DNA of 64,000 nucleotides. Source: Tubiluchus corallicola. Lineage: Eukaryota; Animalia; Priapulida. The first letter of the stretch is position 1. Each line of letters opens with the position of its first letter. This document shows, one piece after another, positions 1 through 12,874 of this stretch. Position numbers and translations under genes: made by a program. The stretch spans positions 372,001 to 436,000 of the forward strand of contig JAQGDQ010000082.1 of NCBI GenBank assembly GCA_030141605.1, in the 5' to 3' direction. The notes beneath the pieces are model-generated. The model saw nothing but the letters and a program-made list of their open reading frames with translations. It did no database searches and was not told where the DNA came from.

Positions 1-1040
1 TATGAACATAAAATAAGGGATACGGGTGATGTAACAGGTTCGACATACCAAGGAGTCTCAAGGAGATGTTCATGTAAACATTTTATATAATAAATTTGCG
101 TAGTATAGAGGATGATAATTTTCCGTACTGTTGCGTGTGATACAATGCCACAGTTGTCATAGAAGTACTTAATTGCAGCGTTCACAAAATTGGGTCTTTA
201 ACGGTTCTCATTCCTCCTTCTTTAGTGAAGACAGATGGTATTTAGAAAAACACAAAATCCTGAAATATGCTTTATGCAGCCAGGTATTTTACCTGTCACC
301 TATCACCTGGCTCAGGTAAATGATGAGTGATGACCAGAGACACATGTTGGTAAAACGCTATCATTCTCTTTCATGTGTAATTTGCGACAAAATTTAATGT
401 GGGTTGACACAACAAGAGGGCTTTTACTGGCCATGTTAATGGATGTGCGTGAAGAAAGGTGTGGGTTGGGTGTATGTTGAACTACATGATTAATTGTGTA
501 GGTGTTTCTTAGCGAGAAGTCATAACAACTAAAGACCATTTTTCAAAGTATAATCGCGTTTTATGAAGTTTATAAAATTATTCCCTGTAAATGTCATCTT
601 CTGAATCATTCAATCTCTATCCCTCGTGGGGACATTAATTACTAATTCCATTATATCAAAAATCTTTTATCTAGAGGTCATTACCATCAACAAGATGGTC
701 TTGAAAAAGGGAAAGAGATAAAAACGTAACAAATTGAGTACATAGTAAAGATCGCAAACAAACTTCACAAGGAAAGACGACATTCAAATAGAGTAAATAA
801 GACATAAGACCTTGCAAAAAATATATTTAGAAAAGTAAAATAAGAAATAAGTCGTGTTAAAAGAACTCAAAGCTCGATATATAATAAGCACAAATTTAGA
901 TGTAGAAAGATTTAGATCTAGAATTCAGAGATTTGCAAAAATCCTAGTTTGAAAGCCACCTTTCAAGTTAATTAAAAATAATTAATAAACTTGAATGAGC
1001 ACTAATACACCGCAAACAATTTCATAATAAGCGGAAATGT

Positions 1041-1129
1041 ATTTTTAGGTATTTTTTATTACTTAGTAAATATAAAAAAGTAAGAATGGAAATGTATGTG
1101 TTACTAAGTAATAAAAAATACCTAAAAAT
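1041..1129. repeat. Perfect 29-bp inverted repeat with 31-nt spacer
   Basis: 1041-1069 ATTTTTAGGTATTTTTTATTACTTAGTAA is the exact reverse complement of 1101-1129. Confidence 0.85.
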
Positions 1130-1915
1130 TTGATTTGTATGTTTTTATGGTAATAAACTTAAATTTTTGGAAACGATGCAATGGAGTAAGTAAGTGACAT
1201 TTAAAGTTTAATCTGCACTCCCTGGAAACGATTGAAAAAAGGAATAGTAGAAGAAAAGGGAGAAACCTAGAGATTTGCTGCCCGCTGTTAACAAATCAAG
1301 AACAAACGAAAACCAAATAATAAAAAAGTAGACCAAATAAAAAATAAAAAAAGAAATTTTTGCTAACTTTGAATGTGATCATAATTTATGTCACAATAAT
1401 ACTGCATGACAATTTAAATTACAACAAAATAATGTTTTCGATTGCTGTTATGTACGTTAGATTTGGCCTATACACTTATTAAGCTTAAATATACTATTTA
1501 TGCATTTTAGCGCCTCATAGCGGCGAATTTAATAAATAATGACCTAAAATCGCATTGCGAAGCTCATTAAGCTTCGTCTGACTGGAAGTTGAATGGGCAG
1601 ACAAGCTTGAAATTACTTTTGAGATTGCCAAACTGACAGCTACAATTGCAAAACGTTTTCGATTAACTACCAAATTTGTCGACGTAAACACGCACAAACA
1701 AATAAAACAAATGTTGAAGTTCAAGGCTAAATACGATTTTTTTACAGCTTATGCCCCTCTTAATCTTAATTCAGTCCCTTCTCTCGATCTGAATTTCAAT
1801 AAACAAACGCATTTGCAGAGCTTTTGCAGCAGTCACTTTAACTTTTAAATGCTCTAAAGCTGTTTGTTTTATATACAGAATATTTATTGCAAATCTTTGC
1901 TACGAAAAATATTAA

Positions 1916-3910
1916 GAGTCATTCCGTGAGAAAATCAGCAAAATAGTGGAAGGTGACAAATCACCGATTTTGTTCATATTCACAGGGTTTGATGGTCCCC
2001 TCAGATGTACTCCACAGCCAAAATATTAGATTTCAGAAATGAGCCGTTTCTGAGAAAAGCCGCCATTTTGATTTTTTTCGGATTTTGGCCATTTTGGCGT
2101 AAAAAATTGCCCATTATTTCTCACGTTATTACAGACAGTAAATGAGCGATCCAGCACTAGTTAATTGGTGATATATATAGTAGGGGTCTTACCCTACCGT
2201 ACCATTATCGTTGCCAAATTGAACCTCCTTTTCAGTTGGTGTCATCAGATTGCAAAAGATACGTGTCTGCTGCTGCTGAATTTAGACGCCATTTTGAAAT
2301 CCCCATAACTCCACTGGGGCGGGTATTGGGGGACTAATCAATATATTTTTATTTGCAGCTTGACTAGTCCTACAAATGCATGAAATAAAATTTTGGCCAG
2401 CGATCTCCCAAGAGTCCAGAATTTTTAGCCAAAGTTGCTCTTTTTTGCCATTTTCACAACCTTGACCTATATTTAGCTATTCGCTTTGGATGACGGTGTT
2501 GCCATTAGAATCGATACAAAGTGCAGCAACGTCAATGTTTATAGTAATAATGGACTGGCTTTACATGTCTGGGCACTCCTAGCAACCAGGCCCCTCATCA
2601 GGGGCCGCATTCCCTTCGAAGGGCCCCTGTGACGATTACAACATAGTGATTTTTATAATTTGTATAAAACACGGAATAATTTCATGTACATAATAACAGT
2701 TTCGTGTACAAGTGCTCGGGCTATATACCTATGGCCCGTGGATCAATACGGGGGCCTCGGGAGGGCCCCACTGTCTTGACTGAAAAATAGACTTCAGTCA
2801 AAAAGGTTTAGTATCGCTTTGCTAAACAAGATTCTAAAGTAAGGCGGGCAAGGCGAGACAAGGCACTATTTGTGAAATTGTGTTGAAACCGCCGTGAGCA
2901 TCGAATATAAGATGTTGCGAGCCAATTTTTAAAACGCGCACAGCTTTGTGTGGTCTTGTATTCAACAGGCGAATAGTTGTCAGTCCCTGATATTTTTCCT
3001 CAAATCAATTCAAGTTAATAGTTAGTTAGTTACTAATACCTTGGTGTGGCAACTTCGACAACCAGACTTCTGCTTACTAACAACGGGCGTTAACAAAAAA
3101 ACTGGTTAAGAAACGCAGCAAAGGCCAGTACGACCCTGCCTCGGCCGTTACATACTAATTCCGACTCTGTGCAACGGATGTTTCAAGCCATTCGCTCATA
3201 TTGTATTTAACCGCCAGGTTTCCACCGTCTCGTAAAGATATACGCATATACACCGACTACCATATTCAACTAAACTCTAACGAGAATCAGGGCGCTGACG
3301 CTTATAATCGCAAATTTTCAAAATAGCAAAAAGGCAACAACAAATTCTTTACGTCCACGACTATTTTTTATTCGCCAATATTCAATGAAAAGTCGCACTA
3401 TAGTAAATAATAATAAGCTAATAATTGATAATACATACAGTAAGCTGCTACTATGTGTTGCTATGGTAACCTCCTTATCAAAAGAGACAGAGAGAGACAC
3501 AGAGAGACAGAGAGAGAGAGTCACAGAGAGACAGAGGGAGTCACAGAGAGACAGAGAGAGACACATAGAGATAGAGAGAGAGACACACGGAGACAGAGAG
3601 AGACACAGAGAGACAGAGAGAGAGAGACACACAGAGAGGCAGATGGAGACACAGAGAGACAGAAAGAGAGACACACAGAAACAGAGAGACACACAGAGAG
3701 AGACAGAGACAGACAGAGACAGAGAAAGAGACACAGAGAGAGACAGAAACAGAGAGAGAGAGAGACAGACAGAGACACAAAGAGAGACAGAAAGAGACAG
3801 AGAGAGGCACAGAGAGACGGAGAGAGACACAGAGAGACAGAGAGAGAGACACACAGAGACAGAGAGAGAGACACAGAGAGACAGAGAGAGACACAGAGAG
3901 ACAGAGACAC

Positions 3911-3960
<50 letters not shown>

Positions 3961-5020
3961 GCAGATGGAGAGACAGAGAGAGACACACAGAGACAGAGAG
4001 ACACAGAGAGACAGAGAGAGACAGACAGAGACACAAAGAGACAGAAAGCGACGGAGAGAGACACAGAGAGACAGAGAGAGGCACAGAGACACAGAGAGAG
4101 ACAGAGAGAGACACACACAGAGAGACAGAGAGAGACACAGAGAGGGACACAGAAAGACAGAGAGACAGACAGAGACAGAGACAGAGAGTGACACAGAGAG
4201 AGACACAGAGAGACAGAGACAGACACAGAGAGACACAGAGAGAGAGAGAGAAGGACACAGAGAGACAGAGAGAGACAGAGACAGAGAGAGACACAGAGAC
4301 AGAGAGAGACACAGAGAGACAGAGACAGAGAGAGAGACAGAGAGAGACACAGAGAGACAGAGAGAGAGACAGACAGAAATACAGAGAGACAGAGAGAGAC
4401 AGAAACTGTAATTTATCGTTTCTTTTTGAAATTTTCATTTTTTATTCAGAATTATTAATAATTCGTACTAATTTTTTTCCGATTTATGTCACATTCAAGA
4501 TCGAATCTCGTCAATTTATGGACGAGCTGGCCAAAATTTTATTAATGATCTAAGTATGCCTGGTCAAGCTGTAAATAAACATATATTAATTATACTTCAA
4601 ATACCCGCCCCAGTGGAGTTATGAGAATTTTAAAACAAGGTGTCATTCAGACTGTAGCAGACACGCATCTTTCATGAGCTCATGATACCTACTGAAAGAG
4701 AATCTCAATTCATCAAACTCAATGTGGCAATAGGGCAAGACCCCTACTATATATACCACAGAGCAACTAGTCCTGGATCATTCATTTACTGCCTGTAATG
4801 ATGTGACAAATATAGGTCATTTTTTACGTCAAAATGGCCAAAATCCGAAAAAAATCAAAATGGCGGCCTATCTCCGAAACGGCTCATTTTTGATATCTAA
4901 TATTTTGGCTGTGGGGTACATCTGAGGGGATCATCCAACCCTGTGAATATAAACAAAATCGGTGATTTGTCACCTTCCACTATTTTTTGACTTTTGCATG
5001 GTTTTCTCGCGGAATGACTC
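1916..5020. mobile_element. Non-autonomous long-TIR DNA transposon, Sola3-like
   Basis: Termini GAGTCATTCC...GGAATGACTC are flanked by TTAA on both sides (1912-1915, 5021-5024). Imperfect inverted repeats align by eye over ~490 bp (1916-~2401 vs ~4526-5020). No transposase ORF inside. GAG..CTC ends, TTAA TSD and long TIRs fit Sola3; the family call is inference. Confidence 0.8.
3484..4403. repeat. Compound (GA)n/(GAGACA)n microsatellite inside the TIR element
   Basis: ~920 bp of AG/AC units; explains the six overlapping SL-rich and RE/RD-rich ORFs. Confidence 0.97.
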
Positions 5021-5904
5021 TTAATACGCTACAAGCACTTACGGTCCAGAATCCTCATTATACTGTGTTAAATTTAGCAAGGCTATGGAACCATAATTGT
5101 GATTTGCGAGAAAAGAGTGACGTTTACGTTGTTGTCGCCGATAATTAATTAATAATCTACATACGAAAAATGTGTATTATTTTATCAAAAATACAAATAT
5201 GAAAACAGTATTACTGTAATTCAATACCTCATATATCAACAAAAAACATAAAAGAAATATGTAAAGGACTAGATTATGCAAGTGTGTCACTGGCTTCTTT
5301 TCATCATTTTCCAGAACAACATTGAACTTCTTTAGTAAATCTACACACTCTCTGACTTACCTGCTTTGACAAATGTCTTTCCTAACTACATGTAATATAT
5401 ATTTTATAATTGCAGTTGCCACTACAGCCTACAGAATTTCCTCACTCATGGCTACTTACTATAACCAACGTTATTACTTAAACTTAGCAGAATTATTTAA
5501 ACTTTTTGCGGACATATTATATTATATAGCCATAATTCTTACACATATAGAGCAAAATAATATTTCTATATTAATGAAAGCTAGTAAAACTGTAAGAAGT
5601 CAATACGAGTAACTGATATAGGGTAGTCAAATAGCATTTATAGCCTGACTTAGTTTGCACAACTGTTTTAACTCCTCCTTGTGTCCATTTTCAATTAAGC
5701 CTTATTAATTTTGTCATGGTTTTTTATTTGATTTTAATTCATTCACTACATGCTTAATTCTGGTTCACTAAATTGAATTGTATTCTTTATTCATGTAACT
5801 TTTTCGTTCAAAGTTTTTTGCCCTGATTATTTACAATTACTACAAAAAACATGCGAGATGTTTGCTTGGCTATTATATTTATTTAGTTTGCACTATTATA
5901 TGGT

Positions 5905-6730
5905 AGATTTATATCCGAACTGAAGCTGATCACTTCCGAGATAAATCCAAACTTCATTAATAACACTGATTCAAACAATTTTGTGATAACTGGAGAGAGA
6001 GTTGTTGCACAGTAGTTATCAAAACTAGTAAAATCACCTTGATTGTTTTTATTACAGGAGAAATTACACCTTTGCCAAAGTCATTAGGTACATAACCATG
6101 ATAAACATTAGATTAAATAACAATGCCAGACACAATGCTAAAACATTCGGCGAATAAAGTAAGTGTTCAGCTTGGAGTTCGCCTAATCCAGCCAATTTGC
6201 CTTTTTCCATATCGTTAATTAGTTGCAGTATTCCATTTACAGTAACTGCAAAGCACAATTGAATTGTAATTTACAACCAGAATTGTAATTTCCCACTTAT
6301 CAAAAATATTCTTTTTAACTCATAGTCATTAAAGGCTGAAAAACATTTTCAAAACACGTCTTAAATTCCGCTAGCACTGCTTTTTCCTCCCACAGCTTCA
6401 TTTACAGTTTTCGTTTTAGAATCGCGCCTTTTCTTAAATTCACTCCAAAAACGGTCTTGGTTTTTCCCTGACCATTCATTATACAAGTGTTCATTGCTTT
6501 CTCGCTATTTTTTTTTCTAAGCATCATTAATAGCCTTTCCAGTTTACATTTCTACCTTAATAACGAAATACGCCATGATCATTCCACTCTAGTACTTTTG
6601 CCTATGTGTTCTGCCTTGGTATGAAAAAGTATGAATACTACAAAATGGCAGATTTGAATAGAAATATTTCTGCCAGACGGTCAAGCGTGCCTTCACATAA
6701 TATTTACGCATCTCGTCTCCAGTCAATAGA
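5905..6730 (-). mobile_element. Degraded non-LTR retrotransposon (LINE) ORF2 / reverse transcriptase remnant
   Basis: Frameshifted minus-strand translation gives QDRFWSEFK, KGKLAGLGELQAEHLLY..LALLFNL, HGYVPNDFGKGVISPVIK, DNYCATTLSPVITKLFE and LQFGYK, typical of the N-terminal RT region of LINE ORF2. Confidence 0.8.
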
Positions 6731-7245
6731 TTTTCCGGGAGCTCTGCGCTGACTGAAGGGCCTCAGACTGCTGATCGACAGCTGAAAGCGGCCACTTACA
6801 ACTTGTTACAATCAAGCAGAATTATCCCAATTCAGTTTGTGTTCATTTAGACATGTTACAAGTAAACCCAATCTATCAGCACAGATATAAACTACGTTGG
6901 CTTGATTGACGGCACTGTCCGGCCTGGAGGTCAATAGGCCAAGTGAAGAGAACGAAAAGTAATATAGAAAAGAGAGGAAAAAGAAAATCGAAAAAAGACA
7001 GGGAAAACAGATAAAAGGTGGGTAGGAGAAAAAAGAAATAACAAAAATGAGAGAAAAAAATGAAAGGAGATAAAACTGTAATTGAAAAACAAATGCTTTA
7101 AGAAACAGAAAATAAATAACAAAAAAGAAAAAAGATTAGGTCTCGACTTAACGGTCGTGATAATGGCAATGATAATAACAACCATGATGATGTTGATGTT
7201 CACTACCATAGCAGCTTGTGATGACAAAAATAGCGACAATGGCGA

Positions 7246-7270
7246 TAATGATGATGGTGACAATGATGAC

Positions 7271-7338
<68 letters not shown>

Positions 7339-7360
7339 CGATGTTTATGCCGATGATGAT
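7246..7360. repeat. (GAT)n microsatellite
   Basis: Seen directly; source of the poly-D and poly-H ORFs. Confidence 0.95.
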
Positions 7361-7476
7361 AAAAAGTTAACAATGACGGTGCCAATGATGATGATAATGA
7401 TGAGGATGAGAAGAAAAAGGAAAAGGAGGAACAAAGAAAGAAAAAAGAAAGCGAGCGAGAAATGGAGCGGCAATGA

Positions 7477-8438
7477 GATTTAAGAGGTGATGAAGTAAGG
7501 AGCGTAATAAAACAAACAAAAACAAAATCTTGAATGAAAAGTTTAACCAAAACGATTTTAGAAGGAAACAGAGAGTGTAAAAAAGAAACATGACGAAGAT
7601 CCAAATTTGTTCATTCTTTTTTATTATAGCTACGTGATAATTTAAAAAAAGAGGAACTGATTTTAGGAACGCAGTGTCAAGTGTGCAATTAACTGTTTTC
7701 TCTAAACACATGAGCTAAATCAAATTCAGGTATCAGTACGAAATTTTCGAACCTAAAGTGAAACTAGTTAAGACGAACAGAAAAATGAGGAAAGCGATCA
7801 CGTTTAACAGAATTATTTCTTAAGTTAAAGCGCTTTTGCCGCTAAGTTTGCAAGTTCAACACGCTATCAGTCAAAGCAGTTAAAAAATAATACTATGCTC
7901 ATGACACTAGCTAACTTTTGAGATTCGGCCGATATCGTTTCGGAAATGGCTGACCTGTAGAGATAAAATGGGATTTAAGAGGTGACAACGTAAAGAGCGT
8001 AATAAAACAAACAAAAAACAGAACCTTTAATTAAAAGGAATCAATTGAATCAGGAAGAAATAGAGAATGCTGCCCAAGAAACAAAAAATCTAATTTAACA
8101 GTTCTTTTTTAATAATGAGTCAATAATAAGAACTGATTTTAGGAACTCAGAGTCAAGCGTGCAATTAACTGTTCTTTCCAAACACATGAGCTGAATCAAG
8201 TTCAGGTATCAGTAAGAAATTTTTGAACCTAAAGTGAATATGATTAAAACGAACACAAAAAAGGAGAAAGCGATCATGTTTAACTGATTATTTCTTAATT
8301 TAAAGTGCTTTGTCCGTTAAGTTTGGAAGTGTAACACGTTGTCAGTCAAGGCAAATAAAAAATAATACTATGGTCATAATATTAGCTAACTTTTGAGATT
8401 CAGCCGATATCATTTAGAAAATGGCCGACCTGTAAAGA
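7477..8438. repeat. Diverged tandem duplication, two ~480-bp copies
   Basis: Copies ~7477-7963 and ~7971-8438 share ordered blocks GATTTAAGAGGTGA, GAGCGTAATAAAACAAACAAAA, GAACTGATTTTAGGAAC, TTCAGGTATCAGTA, TAGCTAACTTTTGAGATTC and GACCTGTA. Confidence 0.85.
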
Positions 8439-8875
8439 GGTGTAACCGAGATAAGAGCTCAAGGTTATTAAATTGCCCAGTAATAAACTTTACTACTATG
8501 TCCCAGTTGTGCAGTTAAATACTGGTAGAAACCAGCAGAATAATTCTGACTCGTAATATATAAAGCATTTCGCCTTGTAAAATCATGGAAACCCGACTGA
8601 GATTGACCGGCTAAACTTTAAACTACATGGACGGCTGACCAACTTTGAAGCCTTCGGTTGGAGAATGCTGAGGTAAAGGTGCTGAGGTTGAAAGGGTGTG
8701 AGGTTACGGGTACTCCGATTGAGCGTGTCCAGATTGACGACAAAGAACTTAATGGGCGCTGTGTGTGCAGGTATATGAGAACCGTAAAGCATCATTGTTT
8801 GCGTAGCTCTCTCTGATTTTAACATTGCATTTTGAAAACATCCATACTTTTCTCAAGTTTTTTTAGGATTTTACA

Positions 8876-9018
8876 GTTGTTGTCGTTGTCGTTATCGTTA
8901 TCGTTGTCGTTGTCGTTGTCGCTGTCGCTGTTGTTGCTGTTGTTGTTGTTGTTGTTGTCGTCGTCGTCATCATCGTCGTTGTCGTCGTCATCACTGCTGC
9001 TGTCCCGGTCGTTGTTGT
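8876..9018. repeat. (GTT/GTC)n degenerate trinucleotide repeat
   Basis: Seen directly. Confidence 0.9.
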
Positions 9019-11584
9019 TAAAAAACAATTGGTTATCCTAGTCGTTTACTGTGTTTTTCATAAGCATTCACCAGTGAAAACAAAGACCCAGCAGAAAAGC
9101 ATTTCCATAAAATTAATGATATTTATTTTTTTAATATACTTGGTTTTTTCTTCTTTTATAAATGAATTTCTCAGCAACAATAACAATAATGCAAAAAAAT
9201 CAATGGGTTTAGTTATGAAAAGCATTTGCATAAATTTTGTTTAACCTCTAAACTTTATTCATTTGATCGTTTCTATAGATTAAAGTACGTCCTACTGATT
9301 GCTTTGACTGATGATTATTAATTTTGAAAATTCCAAAAAGTGACGGGTTGAAGTTTTATACGTCCGAGTCAGAAATTACAATTTATTGATTTTGACATTA
9401 ATGAAATTAGTCAACTGAAAATGTTAAATTTACCCAGACGTAAAGCTGTCGTAATTTATCCTTGCTGAGTTATTACGAAATGCAAATTTCAATGTACATT
9501 TTCTTCCGCCTTCGATTTTTTTCACTAGTAATGATTTCTGTTAACTTAATAGGGAGGCGAATAGTATCAACGTTAGATTGCATTGATGCTACACATAAGT
9601 TCTGAATTGTGATCAATAGGAAACATCGTTGAAAACGTTCAAGCAATGCCCTAAACTAAAGTATGCTTTTCGAGAAGTATAATAAAGCGGTTCAAGCAGA
9701 AAGCGCTTGAAAGACTGGCCTGAGAAAATATTAAAAAAGGTAAAATGGAAAATAAATTTCCCGCTAATTTTCAATAGCACAGATTTGAAACTAAATGTTG
9801 TACTTCTAAGGCCTTTTACGTCGTGATATTAGAAATTTATAAGAAAAACTTAACATAATTTTACAAAAGATTACACAGCGACATCTAATGACAGTTATTA
9901 AAATTTTGATTGACTTCAAGTCGCTCTGTTGCAGCTGTGTCTCTTAGGCTCTGTCGGCTAAAACTGCACTTAAACGAAAATCTGTCTAACAAAGCGGACT
10001 GAAGTTCAACTCGAGTTGACTGCGTGTCATGCCTCGAAAACTCATATTAGTTATACTATTTTGTGGCTTCCTTAGTCACATGATATATTGACATATAGTA
10101 CTATTATTTGCCATATTACGGCTCATTATATTTATGTGTCATCAAGCTCTATCAAATTTCCCCTGATTCTATTACCATAGAAATATTATCTCATCAAACA
10201 CAGATATCACTAACGCTAATTGTTCGTTTGCCCTCCTGTTACTCATGGTCATTTATACAGGCCATATACAGGAATGACAAATAATTGAAATGAGTAAGCA
10301 AATTATCACAATAATTACGTATTGTTTAGAGGAGGCTTAGGCCTTTGCCAGTCCGTCACTTGAGCCCTGTGCACATGGGCTGTAACTGAACAGAAAGAAG
10401 CCAAAGAATGATGAAAGCAGCCAGTTTAATATCACTAACACTTAACCATAAGGAAAAATACGTGCCGTTTTTAGTAAACTAAGTAAACCTGAGTAAATCC
10501 TGTGTAAACTGAGTAAACTATATCAGAGAAATCTATTAACAACTTCTAGCTTTAAAAATTGTGTAACGCCCATTTTTACGCACTACCATACAGGGTGTGC
10601 CAAAAGAAATGGTATAGTAAAAATAAGCTGTAATACTGAAATGGGTTGTCTCTGCGCTGTTAACAATAACCACACCCACTGGATTTTGTATGGCATAATA
10701 TTCGTAGGCCTCTTTCGAAGTGCCTAGCCTATTTACTAAGATTTTAGTTCTACTCAGTGACAGAAAGCACGAAATAAATAGGGGCGTAAGCTGGTTTGAT
10801 GCATAGTAATAACTCTGCTACTGGTAAGCCAGTGGTAATCAAGATATTAAACAATATCTCGATTAAATTTATTAATTAATTGACTCATTAATCAGCCGCC
10901 TGCTATAGCTCTTAGCTGCTCCACTCACACAAACAAGTAATCAAGACAAATTGATTTTATATTGAACAGTGAATAGCCGCTATTTAGGAGATGTCGACAC
11001 GACGAGAGACTAATATAGAGAGGTTCAGTAGTGCAACTTCCCATCATGTGACTATGGTGCTCAAAAGCATAGGTACCCATTATCCAGTGAGTAATGGAAT
11101 CCATTATAAATGGACGGCAGATTTTGAACAGGGGTAGTTAGTTAATTTCATATGGTGGAGCCCAAGAAGTCTGACAGTCATGACGATTGGCTTCACTGAT
11201 GGTTTATAGTGCGAAGCCATGTGTATAGTTGAACGTAACAGCACAAAAGAGCAGCTTTGTTGGATCAGAAATCAGTTCATGACAAATTACTTGAACAAAT
11301 CAGCACTTATGGAAAATCGGCGACATTAGATATTCAAAGAATGGTGCAAATGCTAAGCGATAGTAACGCCGCAATTTATACTTTATTAAAACAGATCATT
11401 AATAGTTTATTACTAGTTTGAAATTTGAAACTTAAACTTGAAATTTGGACTTGAAAAACTTGAAATGACTAATTAAACAATGCATGAAAAGCGAAAAGCG
11501 ATTTGACAGAATATGGTTTATTTCCAGCCAGTAAGATTGCCGGAAAAAAGACAGACGGAGTTAAATTCCCACACAATTTAAATA

Positions 11585-11743
11585 CTCTAATCCTAACACT
11601 AACCTAATCCTAACCCAACCCTAACCCTAACCCTAACCCTAACTCTAATCCTAACACTAACCTAATCCTAACCCAACCCTAACCCTAACCCTAACCCTAA
11701 CTCTAATCCTAACACTAACCTAATCCTAACGCAACCCTAACCC
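11585..11743. repeat. Telomere-like (TAACCC)n variants arranged in a 58-bp higher-order unit (~2.7 copies)
   Basis: Unit CTCTAATCCTAACACTAACCTAATCCTAACCCAACCC(TAACCC)3TAA starts at 11585, 11643 and 11701. Confidence 0.9.
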
Positions 11744-12807
11744 AAATCCCTACAGGCTTCGCGAACTAATTTCTTGTTTGCAGAGAATTGTAAAGTTTCG
11801 CATTATTATCACACAAAAATTACATAAAATACTGTCACTTACGTCATTTTATGCAGTAAATAAAACACTGATTACTAAACCGCAAAAAACTTAAACAAGG
11901 TGTTGCTGTGAAAATGTATATTTTTGTACAGATGAAGCCAAAAATAGAGCTACTTACGTCACGTCAGGCAAGACAAAGAAGGTTAATTTTGTTTGTGATT
12001 AGTTACTGTACGACTGTATTTTTGTGTGTACGAAATGAAACATTTCAATGCAATAATTCATAAATGAAACTTTATTTTGTTACAACTGATGTAAAAATCA
12101 AAAAGCAAATGTAAGAAGTTCTCTATAATAATTGAAAAAACTTTCAGCTAACAACTAATTTAGAACAAAGCTAAAAAGCTACTGTAGGCATAATGTTAGA
12201 TAAAAAAATGTTTGAAATCACAAATTTTAACTCATTTTAATTCGTGGTTTCAGAATTTTCGTAGGCCGTTCTATGGAAGCAGAGCTTCATTGACTAATGT
12301 AACTACTGCTTCAGGAAACCTAAATAACCGAATTTTATTACAATCTAATTAGCATAAATGACAACATTATCCTCCTACCATCTGATTCGGGAGCGCATTC
12401 TGATGCATTCATAATCCGATTATAATGATGCACTCGAATCGTTGGATTAATCTACTCAGCTTCTGCCATTATTGTCTGAATGATCGGGAATAAAATTTAT
12501 TCATAAGTGAAGCGGAAACTCGATGAACAACTAAGAAAATGAAGGCGGAATGGTCGAAAAAGAAAACGGGTTGTGATTGAATAAAACTTGCCTTTTCTTC
12601 ACCTAAAACTTAGGAAAACTTGCCTAAAACCTAGCGGCTAGGCAGGTAGGTAAGTAGGTAGGCGCACGGGTAGACCAGTAATCAAGTAAGCAGATGGACA
12701 GACAAACAGGTAAGTAATACACAGCTAGTAAGCAGGTAAGTACAAAAAAAGAAGAAAGGAAGGAAAATGACATATTTTTATCCCTCCCTCCCTCCTCTCC
12801 TCTCCTC

Positions 12808-12809
<2 letters not shown>

Positions 12810-12869
<60 letters not shown>
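12810..12869. repeat. (CT)n microsatellite
   Basis: Seen directly. Confidence 0.95.

Positions 12870-12874
<5 letters not shown>

Noticed and set aside
3318-4553. Six long overlapping ORFs (148-366 aa)
   Set aside because: Translations of the GA/GACA microsatellite, open only because the repeat lacks stop codons. The same applies to the ORFs at ~7.1-7.6, 8.8-9.0, 21.6-21.9, 23.0-23.4, 31.3-31.8, 35.1-35.5, 37.2-37.5 and 38.9-39.4 kb.
8649-8816. Possible coding exon (RLENAEVKVLRLKGCEVTGTPIERVQIDDKELNGRCVC, AG|GTATAT)
   Set aside because: No recognisable homology, weak splice signals and no partner exons found.
10473-10620. GTAAAC cluster and TA|CAGGGTGTGCCAAAA Tc1/mariner-like terminus
   Set aside because: No matching right-hand terminus found; too fragmentary to delimit.
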